64,000 nt of DNA from NCBI GenBank assembly GCA_017618715.1, contig JAFZTS010000037.1, positions 11,849-75,848 of the forward strand, read 5' to 3'. The stretch's first letter is position 1, and the number at the start of each line of letters is the position of its first letter. The notes beneath the pieces were generated by a model that had not been told where the DNA came from, made no database searches, and saw nothing but the letters and a program-made list of their open reading frames with translations. Source of the stretch: Bacteroidales bacterium (GTDB lineage: Bacteria > Bacteroidota > Bacteroidia > Bacteroidales > UBA3663). Position numbers and translations under genes: made by a program. Below are positions 26,875-35,865 of the stretch, piece by piece.

Positions 26875-28695
26875 ATGAGCAACTATCCAAAAATCGGTAT
26901 TCGTCCTACCATAGATGGACGACAGGGAGGCGTTCGCGAGAGCCTCGAAGAGAAGACAATGGCCTTGGCCCATGCTGTGGCCGAGCTTATAAGCAATAAT
27001 CTGCGTAATGGCGACGGAAGTCCCGTCGAGTGTGTCATCAGCGACACCACCATCGGTCGCGTGGGCGAATCGGCAGCATGTGCCGAGAAGTTCGAGCGCG
27101 AGGGTGTAGGCGCCACCATCACCGTCACCAGCTGCTGGTGTTATGGCTCTGAGACCATGGATATGGATCCCACCCATCCGAAGGCTGTGTGGGGCTTCAA
27201 TGGCACCGAACGTCCGGGAGCAGTCTATTTGGCAGCCGTCCTTGCAGCCCATGCGCAGAAGGGTCTGCCTGCTTATGGCATCTATGGCCATGATGTGCAG
27301 GACGTGACTGATAACGTGATTCCAGCCGATGTGGCTGAGAAGATCTTGCGCTTTGCACGTGCAGCACAGGCCGTGGCAACCATGCGCGGCAAGTCCTACC
27401 TGAGTCTCGGCAACACCTGCATGGGTATTGCCGGTTCAATCGTCAATGCTGACTTCCTGCAGCAATATCTGGGTATGCGTACCGAGTACGTCTCTCTCGT
27501 CGAGATTCTGCGTCGTGTCGATTTCGGCATCTATGACCTTGAGGAGTTCGAGCGCGCCATGACTTGGGTCGAGAAGTACTGCAAGCCCAACGAGGGACAT
27601 GACTACAACGAGGATCGTGCCATCCTTCCTGGCGTCCACATGACACCCTACAACGGCAAGGGAAAAGGCAAGAACCGCAAAGAAAAGGACGAGGACTGGG
27701 AGTTTACCGTCAAGTGTATGATGATCATCCGCGACCTGATGGAAGGCTCCAAGCGCTTGCTTGAGATGGGATACAAGGAGGAGGCCATTGGTCATAACGC
27801 CATCGTAGCAGGTGTGCAGGGTCAGCGCCAATGGACCGACTATAAGCCCAACTTTGACTTCCCCGAGTCACTCATGTGCACCAGCTTCGACTGGAACGGC
27901 ATCCGTGAGGCCAAGGTGCTTGCCACCGAGAATGACTTCCTCAATGGTATGTCGATGCTCTTCGGCCATCTGCTTACCAACCGTGGCGTGATGTTCTCAG
28001 ATATCCGTACCTATTGGAGCCCCGATGCCGTGGAGCGCGTTTCAGGCAAGCGTCCCGAGGGTGGTGCAGCAGGCGGTTTCATCCATCTCATCAATTCGGG
28101 TGCAACGACGCTCGACGCAACAGGTGCCATGAACGACAGCGAGGGCAAGCCCACCATGAAGGAGCCATGGAACATGACTTGCGAAGATGCTGAGGCATGC
28201 CTCAAGGCCACCAGCTGGATGCCCGCCGACCGTGACTACTTCCGAGGTGGTGGTTACTCGTCGCATTTCCTCACCCGTGGTGGCATGCCGATGACCATGC
28301 TGCGCCTCAACATCGTGGCTGGTTTGGGTCCCGTGCTCCAACTTGCAGAGGGATGGACTGTAGATCTCGACCCCGATGTGAACGAGATTCTCGACAAGCG
28401 CACCGACCCGACATGGCCCACTACCTGGTTTGCACCACGTCTCGACCCGACGAAGGATGCCTTCAAGGATGTCTATAGCGTGATGAACAACTGGGGTGCC
28501 AACCATGGTGCCATCTGCTATGGCCACGTGGGTGCCGATCTCATCACTCTCTGCGCGATGCTCCGTATCCCCGTCTGCATGCACAACGTGGCCGACAAGG
28601 ACATCTTCCGTCCCGCCTGCTGGAATGCCTTTGGCATGGACAAGGAAGGCGCCGACTACCGTGCATGTGCCAACTTCGGACCATTGTATAAATAA
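26875..28695 (+). CDS. fucI: L-fucose isomerase
   Basis: The N-terminus [25 protein letters not shown] closely parallels E. coli FucI ([25 protein letters not shown]). The length of about 600 aa also fits. Confidence 0.93.
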   Translation: MSNYPKIGIRPTIDGRQGGVRESLEEKTMALAHAVAELISNNLRNGDGSPVECVISDTTIGRVGESAACAEKFEREGVGATITVTSCWCYGSETMDMDPTHPKAVWGFNGTERPGAVYLAAVLAAHAQKGLPAYGIYGHDVQDVTDNVIPADVAEKILRFARAAQAVATMRGKSYLSLGNTCMGIAGSIVNADFLQQYLGMRTEYVSLVEILRRVDFGIYDLEEFERAMTWVEKYCKPNEGHDYNEDRAILPGVHMTPYNGKGKGKNRKEKDEDWEFTVKCMMIIRDLMEGSKRLLEMGYKEEAIGHNAIVAGVQGQRQWTDYKPNFDFPESLMCTSFDWNGIREAKVLATENDFLNGMSMLFGHLLTNRGVMFSDIRTYWSPDAVERVSGKRPEGGAAGGFIHLINSGATTLDATGAMNDSEGKPTMKEPWNMTCEDAEACLKATSWMPADRDYFRGGGYSSHFLTRGGMPMTMLRLNIVAGLGPVLQLAEGWTVDLDPDVNEILDKRTDPTWPTTWFAPRLDPTKDAFKDVYSVMNNWGANHGAICYGHVGADLITLCAMLRIPVCMHNVADKDIFRPACWNAFGMDKEGADYRACANFGPLYK

Positions 28696-28701
28696 TAGAA
28701 T

Positions 28702-30093
28702 ATGAATCAACAAGAAAAATCGGGAGGCATCCTCCACTATGCAGGGCAGAACTTCCTGTTGCCCTTCATTCTCGTGACCAGTTGCTTTGCCCTCTGGGGT
28801 TTTGCCAACGACATTACCAACCCGATGGTGAAGGCTTTCTCGAAGATCTTCCGTATGTCGGTGGCCGACGGCACTTTGGTGCAGGTGGCCTTCTACGGAG
28901 GCTACTTCTGCATGGCGTTTCCAGCCGCCGCCTTCATCCGCAAGTATTCCTACAAGGCAGGCATCATGCTTGGCCTCGCGCTCTATGCTACGGGAGCCCT
29001 GCTGTTCTTCCCCGCTCGGCAGATTGGCTTGTTCGCACCGTTCCTTTTGGCTTACTTTATCCTCACCTGCGGCCTTTCGTTCCTCGAAACGTCTTGCAAT
29101 CCGTACATCCTCACGATGGGATCGCCCGAGACGGCCACACGTCGTCTCAACATGGCACAGGCATTCAATCCTATCGGTTCGCTCTGCGGTATGTTTGTGG
29201 CGATGAACTTCATCCAGAATCGTCTCAACCCCATGACCACGCAGGAACGTGCCACGCTGGGCGATACCGAGTTTGCAGCCTTGCGTGATGCCGATCTCGG
29301 TGTGCTCATCAAGCCTTATCTTATCATCGGTCTCGTCATTCTCGTAATGCTCATCATCTTTGCCATCTCGAAACTGCCGAAGAACGGAGAGACGGGCGAA
29401 AAGATGGATGCATTGTCGTCGATTCGCAGATTGTTCCACATCAAGCATTATCGTGAAGGCGTAATTGCCCAGTTCTTCTATGTGGGTGTGCAGATCATGT
29501 GCTGGACCTTCATCATCCAGTACGGCACACGCATCCTCCTGCAGGAGGGCAATTATACTGGATTGGAGCGCTTCATCGGTGGTCTGTTGGGTGTTGACGT
29601 GAGCGGTGGGATGACTGAGCGCAACGCCGAGGTATTGAGCCAGGGCTACAACATCATGGCCATGATCGGTTTCTGTACTTCGCGATTCATTTGCACCTAT
29701 CTGATGAAGTTCATCAATCCAGGCAGGCTTCTTAAAATTTTGGCCATTGTCGGCTTCATCTTCGTGATGGGTGTCATCGGCTTCGATTCGCGAATGGGAC
29801 TCTATTGCCTCGTTGGTGTTTCGCTCTGCATGAGTCTGATGTTCCCCACCATCTACGGCATTGCCCTCGACGGTTTGGGCGATGATGCCAAGTTCGGTGC
29901 TGCCGGTCTCATCATGGCTATCCTCGGTGGCTCGGTACTTCCGCCGCTTCAGGCCAACATCATCGACATGGGTACCATTGGTGGATTCCCCGCTGTCAAC
30001 CTCTCGTTCATCCTGCCCGCCATCTGCTTCATCGTCGTGATGATTTATGGACAGCGCAGCTATAACAGGACGAAGGGTGTCTTGACCCCTTGA
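28702..30093 (+). CDS. fucP: L-fucose:H+ symporter (MFS)
   Basis: Polytopic MFS protein with FucP-like motifs (FALWGFANDITNPMV, LFILTCGLSFLETSCNPY). It is adjacent to fucI. Confidence 0.88.
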   Translation: MNQQEKSGGILHYAGQNFLLPFILVTSCFALWGFANDITNPMVKAFSKIFRMSVADGTLVQVAFYGGYFCMAFPAAAFIRKYSYKAGIMLGLALYATGALLFFPARQIGLFAPFLLAYFILTCGLSFLETSCNPYILTMGSPETATRRLNMAQAFNPIGSLCGMFVAMNFIQNRLNPMTTQERATLGDTEFAALRDADLGVLIKPYLIIGLVILVMLIIFAISKLPKNGETGEKMDALSSIRRLFHIKHYREGVIAQFFYVGVQIMCWTFIIQYGTRILLQEGNYTGLERFIGGLLGVDVSGGMTERNAEVLSQGYNIMAMIGFCTSRFICTYLMKFINPGRLLKILAIVGFIFVMGVIGFDSRMGLYCLVGVSLCMSLMFPTIYGIALDGLGDDAKFGAAGLIMAILGGSVLPPLQANIIDMGTIGGFPAVNLSFILPAICFIVVMIYGQRSYNRTKGVLTP

Positions 30094-30127
30094 TACTATT
30101 ATTATTCCGAATTGGCATATTGTGGTT

Positions 30128-31240
30128 ATGAATACCCAGAATCGAATTGTCTTTGTTGATTACATCCGCGTGGTAGCTTGCTTCCTCGTGATGCTCGTCC
30201 ATGCAAGTGAGAACTTCTATGGTGCCGACACCTCAGGTCTGGCCGGCAATGTCTCGATGTTGGCCAACGAAGCCAATCGTTTCTGGGTAGCATTCTACGA
30301 TGGTGCGTTGGGACGCACCTGCGTGCCGTTGTTCATGGTAGTCAGTGCCTTCCTGCTTGTACCCATGAAGCCTGGGATGACCATGCATCAGTTCTACAAG
30401 CGCCGCTTCCTGCGCATCCTACCGCCGTTTATCATCTTCCAGCTGCTCTATACCTTTGTGCCAGCCATATTGGGGCAATGGTCGTGGGCAGAAGCCTGGG
30501 AGGGCTTCAAGATGCTGCCATGGAACTTCTCGCCTATGGGCGGTCACCTATGGTTCATGTATCCGCTCATTTCGCTCTACCTCATCATTCCCGTAGTATC
30601 GCCTTGGCTTGAAAGGGCATCGGCGAAGGACGAACTGACGTTCATCGGGCTCTTTGCCTTCTCAACACTCATCCCTTGGCTGCACCGGTTTGTGTCCGAT
30701 GAACTTTGGGGCGAATGTTTCTGGAATGGTTACACCATGTTGTGGTACTGCTCCGGCTATCTCGGCTATCTTGTTCTGGCACACTATATCCGTCGGCATC
30801 TGCAGTGGAGTAGGGGCAAGCGTCTGAAAGTCGGAGCCCTCTGCTTTCTCGTTGGAGCAGCGTTCACAGGTTGGTCATTTTGGTGGAAGGGTGTACCCAA
30901 TCAGCTCATCGAGACACCTATGCTCGAATGGTCGTGGGAATTCTGCACGCCCAATGTGCTGATGGCTACATTCGGCGCATTCCTCCTCTTCAGTTGCATT
31001 GAGCAGAAAGAGGCTCCAAGTCTTGTGTCCGGCCTCTCCAAACTGTCCTTCGGCATGTACCTCATGCACCTCTTCTTCCTTGCGCCCATTGCAGCTTACT
31101 TCGTGAATGGTAATCAGGCCGATCCACTCATTCCTGTCGGCCTTGCCATTCCCGTCATCGCCATCCTCACTTTCATCTGCAGCGCTCTCGTCAGCAAACT
31201 CATCTCCCTTGTCCCAGGTAGCAAATGGGTGATTGGTTGA
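30128..31240 (+). CDS. Acyltransferase family 3 (OafA/NolL-like) membrane protein
   Basis: Contains VDYIRVVACFLVMLVHASE and about 10 TM segments. I prefer the ATG at 30128 to the GTG at 30122. Confidence 0.8.
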   Translation: MNTQNRIVFVDYIRVVACFLVMLVHASENFYGADTSGLAGNVSMLANEANRFWVAFYDGALGRTCVPLFMVVSAFLLVPMKPGMTMHQFYKRRFLRILPPFIIFQLLYTFVPAILGQWSWAEAWEGFKMLPWNFSPMGGHLWFMYPLISLYLIIPVVSPWLERASAKDELTFIGLFAFSTLIPWLHRFVSDELWGECFWNGYTMLWYCSGYLGYLVLAHYIRRHLQWSRGKRLKVGALCFLVGAAFTGWSFWWKGVPNQLIETPMLEWSWEFCTPNVLMATFGAFLLFSCIEQKEAPSLVSGLSKLSFGMYLMHLFFLAPIAAYFVNGNQADPLIPVGLAIPVIAILTFICSALVSKLISLVPGSKWVIG

Positions 31241-31281
31241 ATAGGCTGCGTTTTGTATTTACTCATCTTTCTGAATACAGT

Positions 31282-31749
31282 ATGAAATTCAAATTACTAC
31301 TGGTACTGTTTCTCAGCCTCTCAACAATGGCGAAGGGAAAGACTCATCTCGTCGTATGGACGAAAGATGGCGGTAAAGTTGCATACGCGCTGGCTGATGA
31401 GCCGAAGTTGACATTCGGCTTGAATTATATGTTTATTGATTCCAAAAATGTTTCGATAAGTTATAGGGTAGAGGACATGGCTCGCATCACTTACGAAACA
31501 TATTCAGATGATAATATCAGGAATCTTGTGGATGACGAAGCAACCTCGTTCATCTTCGATGGAGAATTGCTGATTTTCTCCCTCTTGAGGGCGGGCAGTA
31601 TTGTAACAATATATTCCCTTGGAGGAGAACTCGTATTCAGCAAGACAATTCAGACAGCAGGCGAATACTCATTTCCTGTGTCGCACCTCAATGCCGGTAT
31701 ATATTTGGTAACAGTGAATGGTATAACCCAAAGAATTATGAAGAGATGA
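31282..31749 (+). CDS. Small secreted protein with a T9SS C-terminal sorting-domain-like tail
   Basis: Start set at MKFKLLLVLFLSLSTMAKG. The C-terminus IVTIYSLGGELVFSKTIQTAGEYSFPVSHLNAGIYLVTVNGITQRIMKR fits the T9SS type-A CTD pattern. Confidence 0.65.
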   Translation: MKFKLLLVLFLSLSTMAKGKTHLVVWTKDGGKVAYALADEPKLTFGLNYMFIDSKNVSISYRVEDMARITYETYSDDNIRNLVDDEATSFIFDGELLIFSLLRAGSIVTIYSLGGELVFSKTIQTAGEYSFPVSHLNAGIYLVTVNGITQRIMKR

Positions 31750-32618
31750 AAAGGATGCATTTACTTCTACTCGGGCTTGCCATATTCTGTTCTCCTCTTT
31801 TTTCGCAGGAAGCCCTGCTCTTGTTCAGGAGTAATGCCAATCTTCCGTTGTTACTCGCAATGGATGAGATTATGTATATCCGGCAAGATGATTCTTTACA
31901 GACCATAGCATTGAAGGATAGTGTCGTAATAATCGAGACGCCTTTATCGGAAATTGATAGTCTGATTTTTGCAAAGTCGGAATCTCTGAAAAATTTCCAA
32001 TACATTTGTCTTGATTGTCCTGATGACAATCATCCGCATATCATCGACATGGGATTGCCTTCAGGCACCAAGTGGGCGTGCTGCAACATCAGTGCCTCCT
32101 TCCCTGAGGACTATGGAGGCCATTATGCATGGGGAGAGACGGCAAAGAAGAGTGACTATCGCACGGGAACGTATCAATATGCGTCTATGGATGATGAAAA
32201 CGGGTGGTGGTATGATGAAATGGATGGACATTATTACACATATAATAATATAGGTAATGATATAGGTGGCACTTCATACGACGTAGCTCATGTGAAGTGG
32301 GGTCGTTCATGGCGGATGCCCACTTTTGAACAAATCCTTGAATTATATGACTACAGCAAAAAGAAGTGGATAAATCAAAACGGAATTAATGGTTTTAGGG
32401 TCGAGGGCTTCAATGGCGGTGTACTCTTTCTGCCTGCTGGTGGTTGTTTCATGGATGAAAGCCTCAATGGAAAGGGAGAGGAAGGTCATTATTGGTCTTC
32501 ATCGACCAATCCCAATGATGAAGCCAGCGTCTATGGCCTCATGATTACTTCTCGCGGATGGGGATGGGGCAACTGTTACCGCTGTTATGGGCGGTCGGTG
32601 CGCGCTGTTTGTCCGTAG
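31746..32618 (+). CDS. Secreted protein of the Bacteroidales WGET...WRMPT...YWSS...GxSVRxV family (FISUMP/DUF1566-like), function unknown
   Basis: Signal peptide MKRMHLLLLGLAIFCSPLFSQ, plus the motifs GLPSGTKWACCN, YAWGETAKK, WGRSWRMPTFEQILEL, LFLPAGG, GHYWSSS and GRSVRAVC. Its ATG overlaps the stop of the preceding gene (ATGA). Confidence 0.7.
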   Translation: MKRMHLLLLGLAIFCSPLFSQEALLLFRSNANLPLLLAMDEIMYIRQDDSLQTIALKDSVVIIETPLSEIDSLIFAKSESLKNFQYICLDCPDDNHPHIIDMGLPSGTKWACCNISASFPEDYGGHYAWGETAKKSDYRTGTYQYASMDDENGWWYDEMDGHYYTYNNIGNDIGGTSYDVAHVKWGRSWRMPTFEQILELYDYSKKKWINQNGINGFRVEGFNGGVLFLPAGGCFMDESLNGKGEEGHYWSSSTNPNDEASVYGLMITSRGWGWGNCYRCYGRSVRAVCP

Positions 32619-32665
32619 CCTCAGAATGAGGCAGTTCTTTTCTCTGTTGTTTTTATTTTTTTAGA
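32618..32665 (+). terminator. Putative intrinsic terminator
   Basis: Stem GCCTCA / TGAGGC with loop GAA, followed by the long T-rich run AGTTCTTTTCTCTGTTGTTTTTATTTTTTT. Confidence 0.55.
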
Positions 32666-32666
32666 G

Positions 32667-32998
32667 GGATGACCAATCTTGGCCAAGAATGGTCATTCTT
32701 CGGTTGTAAATAGCACTCTGACGGCCGACATAGTGCTTCTTCCGATTGGACCATAACCAATCTTGGCCAAGAATGGTCATTCTTCGGTTGTAAATAGTAC
32801 TCTGACGGCCGACATAGTGCTTCTTCCGATTGGACCATGACCAATCTTGGCCAAGAATGGTCATTCTTCGGTTGTATAGAGCACTCTGACGGCCGACATA
32901 ATGCTTGCTCCGATTGCACCATAACCAATCTTGGCCAAGAATGGTCATTCTTCGATTGGACCATAACCAATCCTGGCCAAGATTGGTCATTCTTCAGT
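32667..32998. repeat. 84-bp tandem repeat array: three full units (32671-32754, 32755-32838, 32839-32922), one 42-bp short unit (32923-32964) and a terminal partial unit. Each full unit contains two GGCC-centred imperfect palindromes.
   Basis: Period and unit boundaries were counted by hand. Units 1 and 2 differ at 2 of 84 positions. Palindrome A is ATGACCAATCTTGG|CCAAGAATGGTCAT (13 of 14 arm positions pair). Palindrome B is GCACTCTGACGG|CCGACATAGTGC (10 of 12 pair). Confidence 0.9.
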
Positions 32999-33174
32999 TT
33001 TGGGAAGGTTTTCCCATATTCTGAATCATTTCTTTAGTTATGCAAACGATTTCTTATCGTTTTTGAAGGCCATTTTTTCAATATAATGGAAATAATATAC
33101 GACATTTTCTTTGGAGTTTTTCAAAAAATACCTATATTTGCACCGGATATATTAATATTTCAAGGCATACCACT

Positions 33175-33315
33175 ATGAAAAAACTCATTTTATTCTCTCT
33201 GCTGGCCCTACTGCAGTCATTGGCCAGTGCATTTGATGTGGAGATTGACGGTATCTATTATGATTTGAATTCCGACACGAAGCTTGCGAAGGTAATTTCT
33301 GGCAATACACAGTAG
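33175..33315 (+). pseudogene. Truncated N-terminal fragment (46 codons) of a BspA-type leucine-rich-repeat surface protein gene
   Basis: Hand translation gives MKKLILFSLLALLQSLASAFDVEIDGIYYDLNSDTKLAKVISGNTQ*. A signal peptide followed by the start FxVxIDGIYYxL...KxAxV is what I remember for Bacteroidales LRR (BspA-like) proteins. The ORF stops after 46 codons. A TATATTTG -7 box lies upstream at about 33133-33140. Confidence 0.45.
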
Positions 33316-33389
33316 ATAGATTTTGAAGTTGAAAAAAGTTGGGAAATAATATACAATTTTTCTTCAGTTTCAGTATGGTTAAATAAATG

Positions 33390-33425
33390 AGCCATGAGCA
33401 GTCGAATCAATGGCTACTCATGGCT
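33390..33425 (-). terminator. Stem-loop downstream of the restriction endonuclease gene (putative terminator of the R-M operon)
   Basis: Perfect 9-bp inverted repeat AGCCATGAG (33390-33398) / CTCATGGCT (33417-33425), 32 nt past the stop codon at 33457-33459, with A/T-rich flanks. Confidence 0.45.
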
Positions 33426-33456
33426 TGTATGAATATGAGGATTTACCGGTCAAACA

Positions 33457-34368
33457 TTATCTCGGTCCTATAAATTTATCTCCGTTCAAATGTATCATGT
33501 GGTCGGGCATGTCGGCAATCCAAACCTCTGTATCCCATGCCAATTTGTCTGAGAAAGACTTAAATGTCTTAAAATCCAGGAAGGCTGTTATATAAACTAT
33601 ACCAGCTGAAACATTACTTGTCATAGCTTTTAACTCAACAAGCCGCTTTCCGTCCATGGGTCCAACAGAGGTGACCGCTTCAATAAAATACAACCACTCC
33701 TTATCTCCTCTATAAAGAACAACATCTGGCATTTTGTCATGAACTGTAATCTCAAATCCAAGTTCTTTCAGTTTGGCTTCATTCTTTACCAAATCCTTAT
33801 CAGTTGTATCTCCTACGTACAGACATTCTGAATTTGGAGCGAAACGAGGAGCGAACTCTTCGATAATTGCCTTTTGTAGTTGGTTATGTTTCCCTGGGCC
33901 GAACGAATAGTCTGCACCATTTATCTTTACTGGCATTTTTTTGATGCTTCGCTTTGATGAGTAAAGATTAACCAGACTGAGATGTTGCTCTTTGAAGGAC
34001 AAGAGGGCATCGTTGTCATTGTCTATATTGCGTAACACACGAAGAAATTCGTCGGTGATACGCCAACGATAGTTAGGGCTGTTGGTCGCGACTCCGTTGT
34101 CTTCAACCATAGCGGCATTGCGGAAATTGTGTAGTGCTTGCTTGCGGAATGTCTCACGTGAGTTTTCAGCATAGCCAGCATAATAGTTCTTATTGGCAAA
34201 GGATATGATATCGTGAACGCGAAGCCAATCATTAGTGGCATTCTTCCACGGAGTTGTTTTCTTGATGTTGGCTAATGCCAGGATTGTGTATATACAGATG
34301 TTTGACTGCATTTGTTCGGGAAACTCAACCTTGTTGAGTATCTCTTTAAGGGCATCTACTTTATCCAT
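33457..34368 (-). CDS. Type II restriction endonuclease, BsuBI/PstI family
   Basis: 303 aa. The central ...ENSRETFRKQALHNFRNAAMVEDNGVATNSPNYRWRIT... and the C-terminal PDVVLYRGDKEWLYFIEAVTSVGPMDGKRLVELK match my memory of the BsuBI_PstI_RE N- and C-domains. It overlaps the upstream gamma-class N6-adenine methyltransferase by 13 nt. Confidence 0.7.
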   Translation of the reverse strand: MDKVDALKEILNKVEFPEQMQSNICIYTILALANIKKTTPWKNATNDWLRVHDIISFANKNYYAGYAENSRETFRKQALHNFRNAAMVEDNGVATNSPNYRWRITDEFLRVLRNIDNDNDALLSFKEQHLSLVNLYSSKRSIKKMPVKINGADYSFGPGKHNQLQKAIIEEFAPRFAPNSECLYVGDTTDKDLVKNEAKLKELGFEITVHDKMPDVVLYRGDKEWLYFIEAVTSVGPMDGKRLVELKAMTSNVSAGIVYITAFLDFKTFKSFSDKLAWDTEVWIADMPDHMIHLNGDKFIGPR

Positions 34369-35810
34369 TTGTCGGTAATAATATTGCAGTTTGTTTCATT
34401 GATTTCTGTATTCATAAGTTCTCTTCCCATTTCTCTGATTATTTCCTTGGAGGGGACGGGAATCGAATTCACTTCGGTTGAATTCACTTGTGTTGATCCG
34501 TTAAGCAGCCGATAGTATTCATCATATAGGGTGGAAGTAAAAAGGGCATAAAGTCCATAAACCACTTCTTCAGACTCACACATAATAAAGTTTACTTTGT
34601 TCTGTGTGCTGATATGCCGATACTCGGCGAAGTGTTTGCTGAGGTAAATGCCGCATTGAAGACGTCGATGCTCTTCTTTTGACGTCAGTCGCTTCACGAA
34701 CAAGTAATTTGTATTCTTTTGCAGGTGGGCGCTTTTGCTCGTCAGGATATATTCGCCGGGCCTTCCTTGTGGCCATACCACGGTGCCATTCTTTATATGA
34801 GAGGAATAGAACAACGGACAAGCTCCTTCTTCGTATTGGTCTCGTAGTTCCTCCTTGAGTCTGAAATCAACAATAAGACCCGTACACATCTTCATATTTA
34901 TCGAAGGAAGGGTATTGGTTAGTCTGTTAACTCGTTTCAGTACTTCCTCCTGCTTTTCGTCGGTAACAAGATACACGTAACCATCCTTGCCAACCACTGT
35001 GTCGTAGTCGGCATAATAGGTCGAAATATTGTCGAAATCAGATGTGGATGATGAAGTAATGAGAATCTTCTTTGGCTTTGCTTTAGAGTTCTTTACCTTA
35101 ACAATCATCGTTTCTTGCAGGATTGGCTCACTGTTGAACACCTTGTCACGGCTTTCAAACAGGTGAATCTGCTCTATCACACAGTTGCTAAACAAGTATT
35201 TGCGGAAGGCTTCAAAGTAAGCACCAGATGTCCATGACCTCGGTACGATATAGACCAATTCTCCTCCCCAGTTCAAACTGTTGATGCCCATTGCCATAAA
35301 GAGAAAATACATGTTGGGAGCCCCATGGCAGATTTCGCTCATCACTTGTACCTCCTTGGCATCCTTTCCCAATTTCATGTATGGAGGGTTGCCTATGATA
35401 TAATCATACGCTTCACTATCCATAACAAGCACCGGCTGAAGATTAAATTGCTGAGATGTGATGTAGTTCTCGGTTCTCAAATGATAGGTGACCCGATACT
35501 CTTTGTCCAGTGCCATCAGGTTTTCAGCCAGCAATGGGATTATCTTGCGGTCATTCTCAAAGCAGGTCAGTATAATCTCCCCTTGATAGCCCATGTTACG
35601 GATACGTTCAATCAAGGCTACAGATAGGATGCCTGATCCTGCTCCTGCATCAAGCAGTCGAATGCAATCGGTTTCAAGATTGATTTCGAACATCGATGCC
35701 ATGTAAATTGCAGACAGTTCTGACGTAAAGAATTGTCCGTATTTCTTCCGTTCCGTTCGTGTCACTGAGCTTAGGAAGGCTTCGGTGTTTTCTATGATTT
35801 GCTCTAACAT
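34356..35810 (-). CDS. N6-adenine DNA methyltransferase (gamma class, Eco57I/PstI-M type)
   Basis: KKYGQFFTS, motif I LLDAGAGSGILS and motif IV IIGNPPYMKLGKD appear in the order I then IV. At 484 aa, its size is comparable to M.PstI/M.BsuBI as I remember them. Confidence 0.88.
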   Translation of the reverse strand: MLEQIIENTEAFLSSVTRTERKKYGQFFTSELSAIYMASMFEINLETDCIRLLDAGAGSGILSVALIERIRNMGYQGEIILTCFENDRKIIPLLAENLMALDKEYRVTYHLRTENYITSQQFNLQPVLVMDSEAYDYIIGNPPYMKLGKDAKEVQVMSEICHGAPNMYFLFMAMGINSLNWGGELVYIVPRSWTSGAYFEAFRKYLFSNCVIEQIHLFESRDKVFNSEPILQETMIVKVKNSKAKPKKILITSSSTSDFDNISTYYADYDTVVGKDGYVYLVTDEKQEEVLKRVNRLTNTLPSINMKMCTGLIVDFRLKEELRDQYEEGACPLFYSSHIKNGTVVWPQGRPGEYILTSKSAHLQKNTNYLFVKRLTSKEEHRRLQCGIYLSKHFAEYRHISTQNKVNFIMCESEEVVYGLYALFTSTLYDEYYRLLNGSTQVNSTEVNSIPVPSKEIIREMGRELMNTEINETNCNIITDKWIK

Positions 35811-35857
35811 CGATTGAATAATCGTATTGTATTAATGGAATTTTGTGTCTTGAGTTG

Positions 35858-35865
35858 CAAAGATA
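35858..35865 (-). promoter_or_regulatory. Candidate -7 box (TATCTTTG on the minus strand) for the methyltransferase-endonuclease operon
   Basis: Matches TAnnTTTG and lies 48 nt upstream of the ATG at 35810. Confidence 0.35.

Noticed and set aside
28042-29448. 468-aa antisense ORF spanning the fucI/fucP junction
   Set aside because: It lies opposite two strongly recognised genes and crosses their intergenic gap. No motif was recognised.
32653-32990. Repeat-protein ORFs of 105 and 109 aa (minus strand) and 66 aa (plus strand) running through the 84-bp array
   Set aside because: Several frames on both strands are open only because the unit length is a multiple of 3 and the unit lacks stops. 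There is no promoter box and no plausible start context. The peptide sequences (for example KNDHSWPRLVMVQSEEALCRPSE repeats) resemble nothing known to me.
32667-32998. Possible CRISPR array, given the regularly spaced palindromic repeats
   Set aside because: The segments between the palindromes are nearly identical from unit to unit, so there are no unique spacers. The whole 84-bp block is the repeating unit. There are no cas genes in the window.
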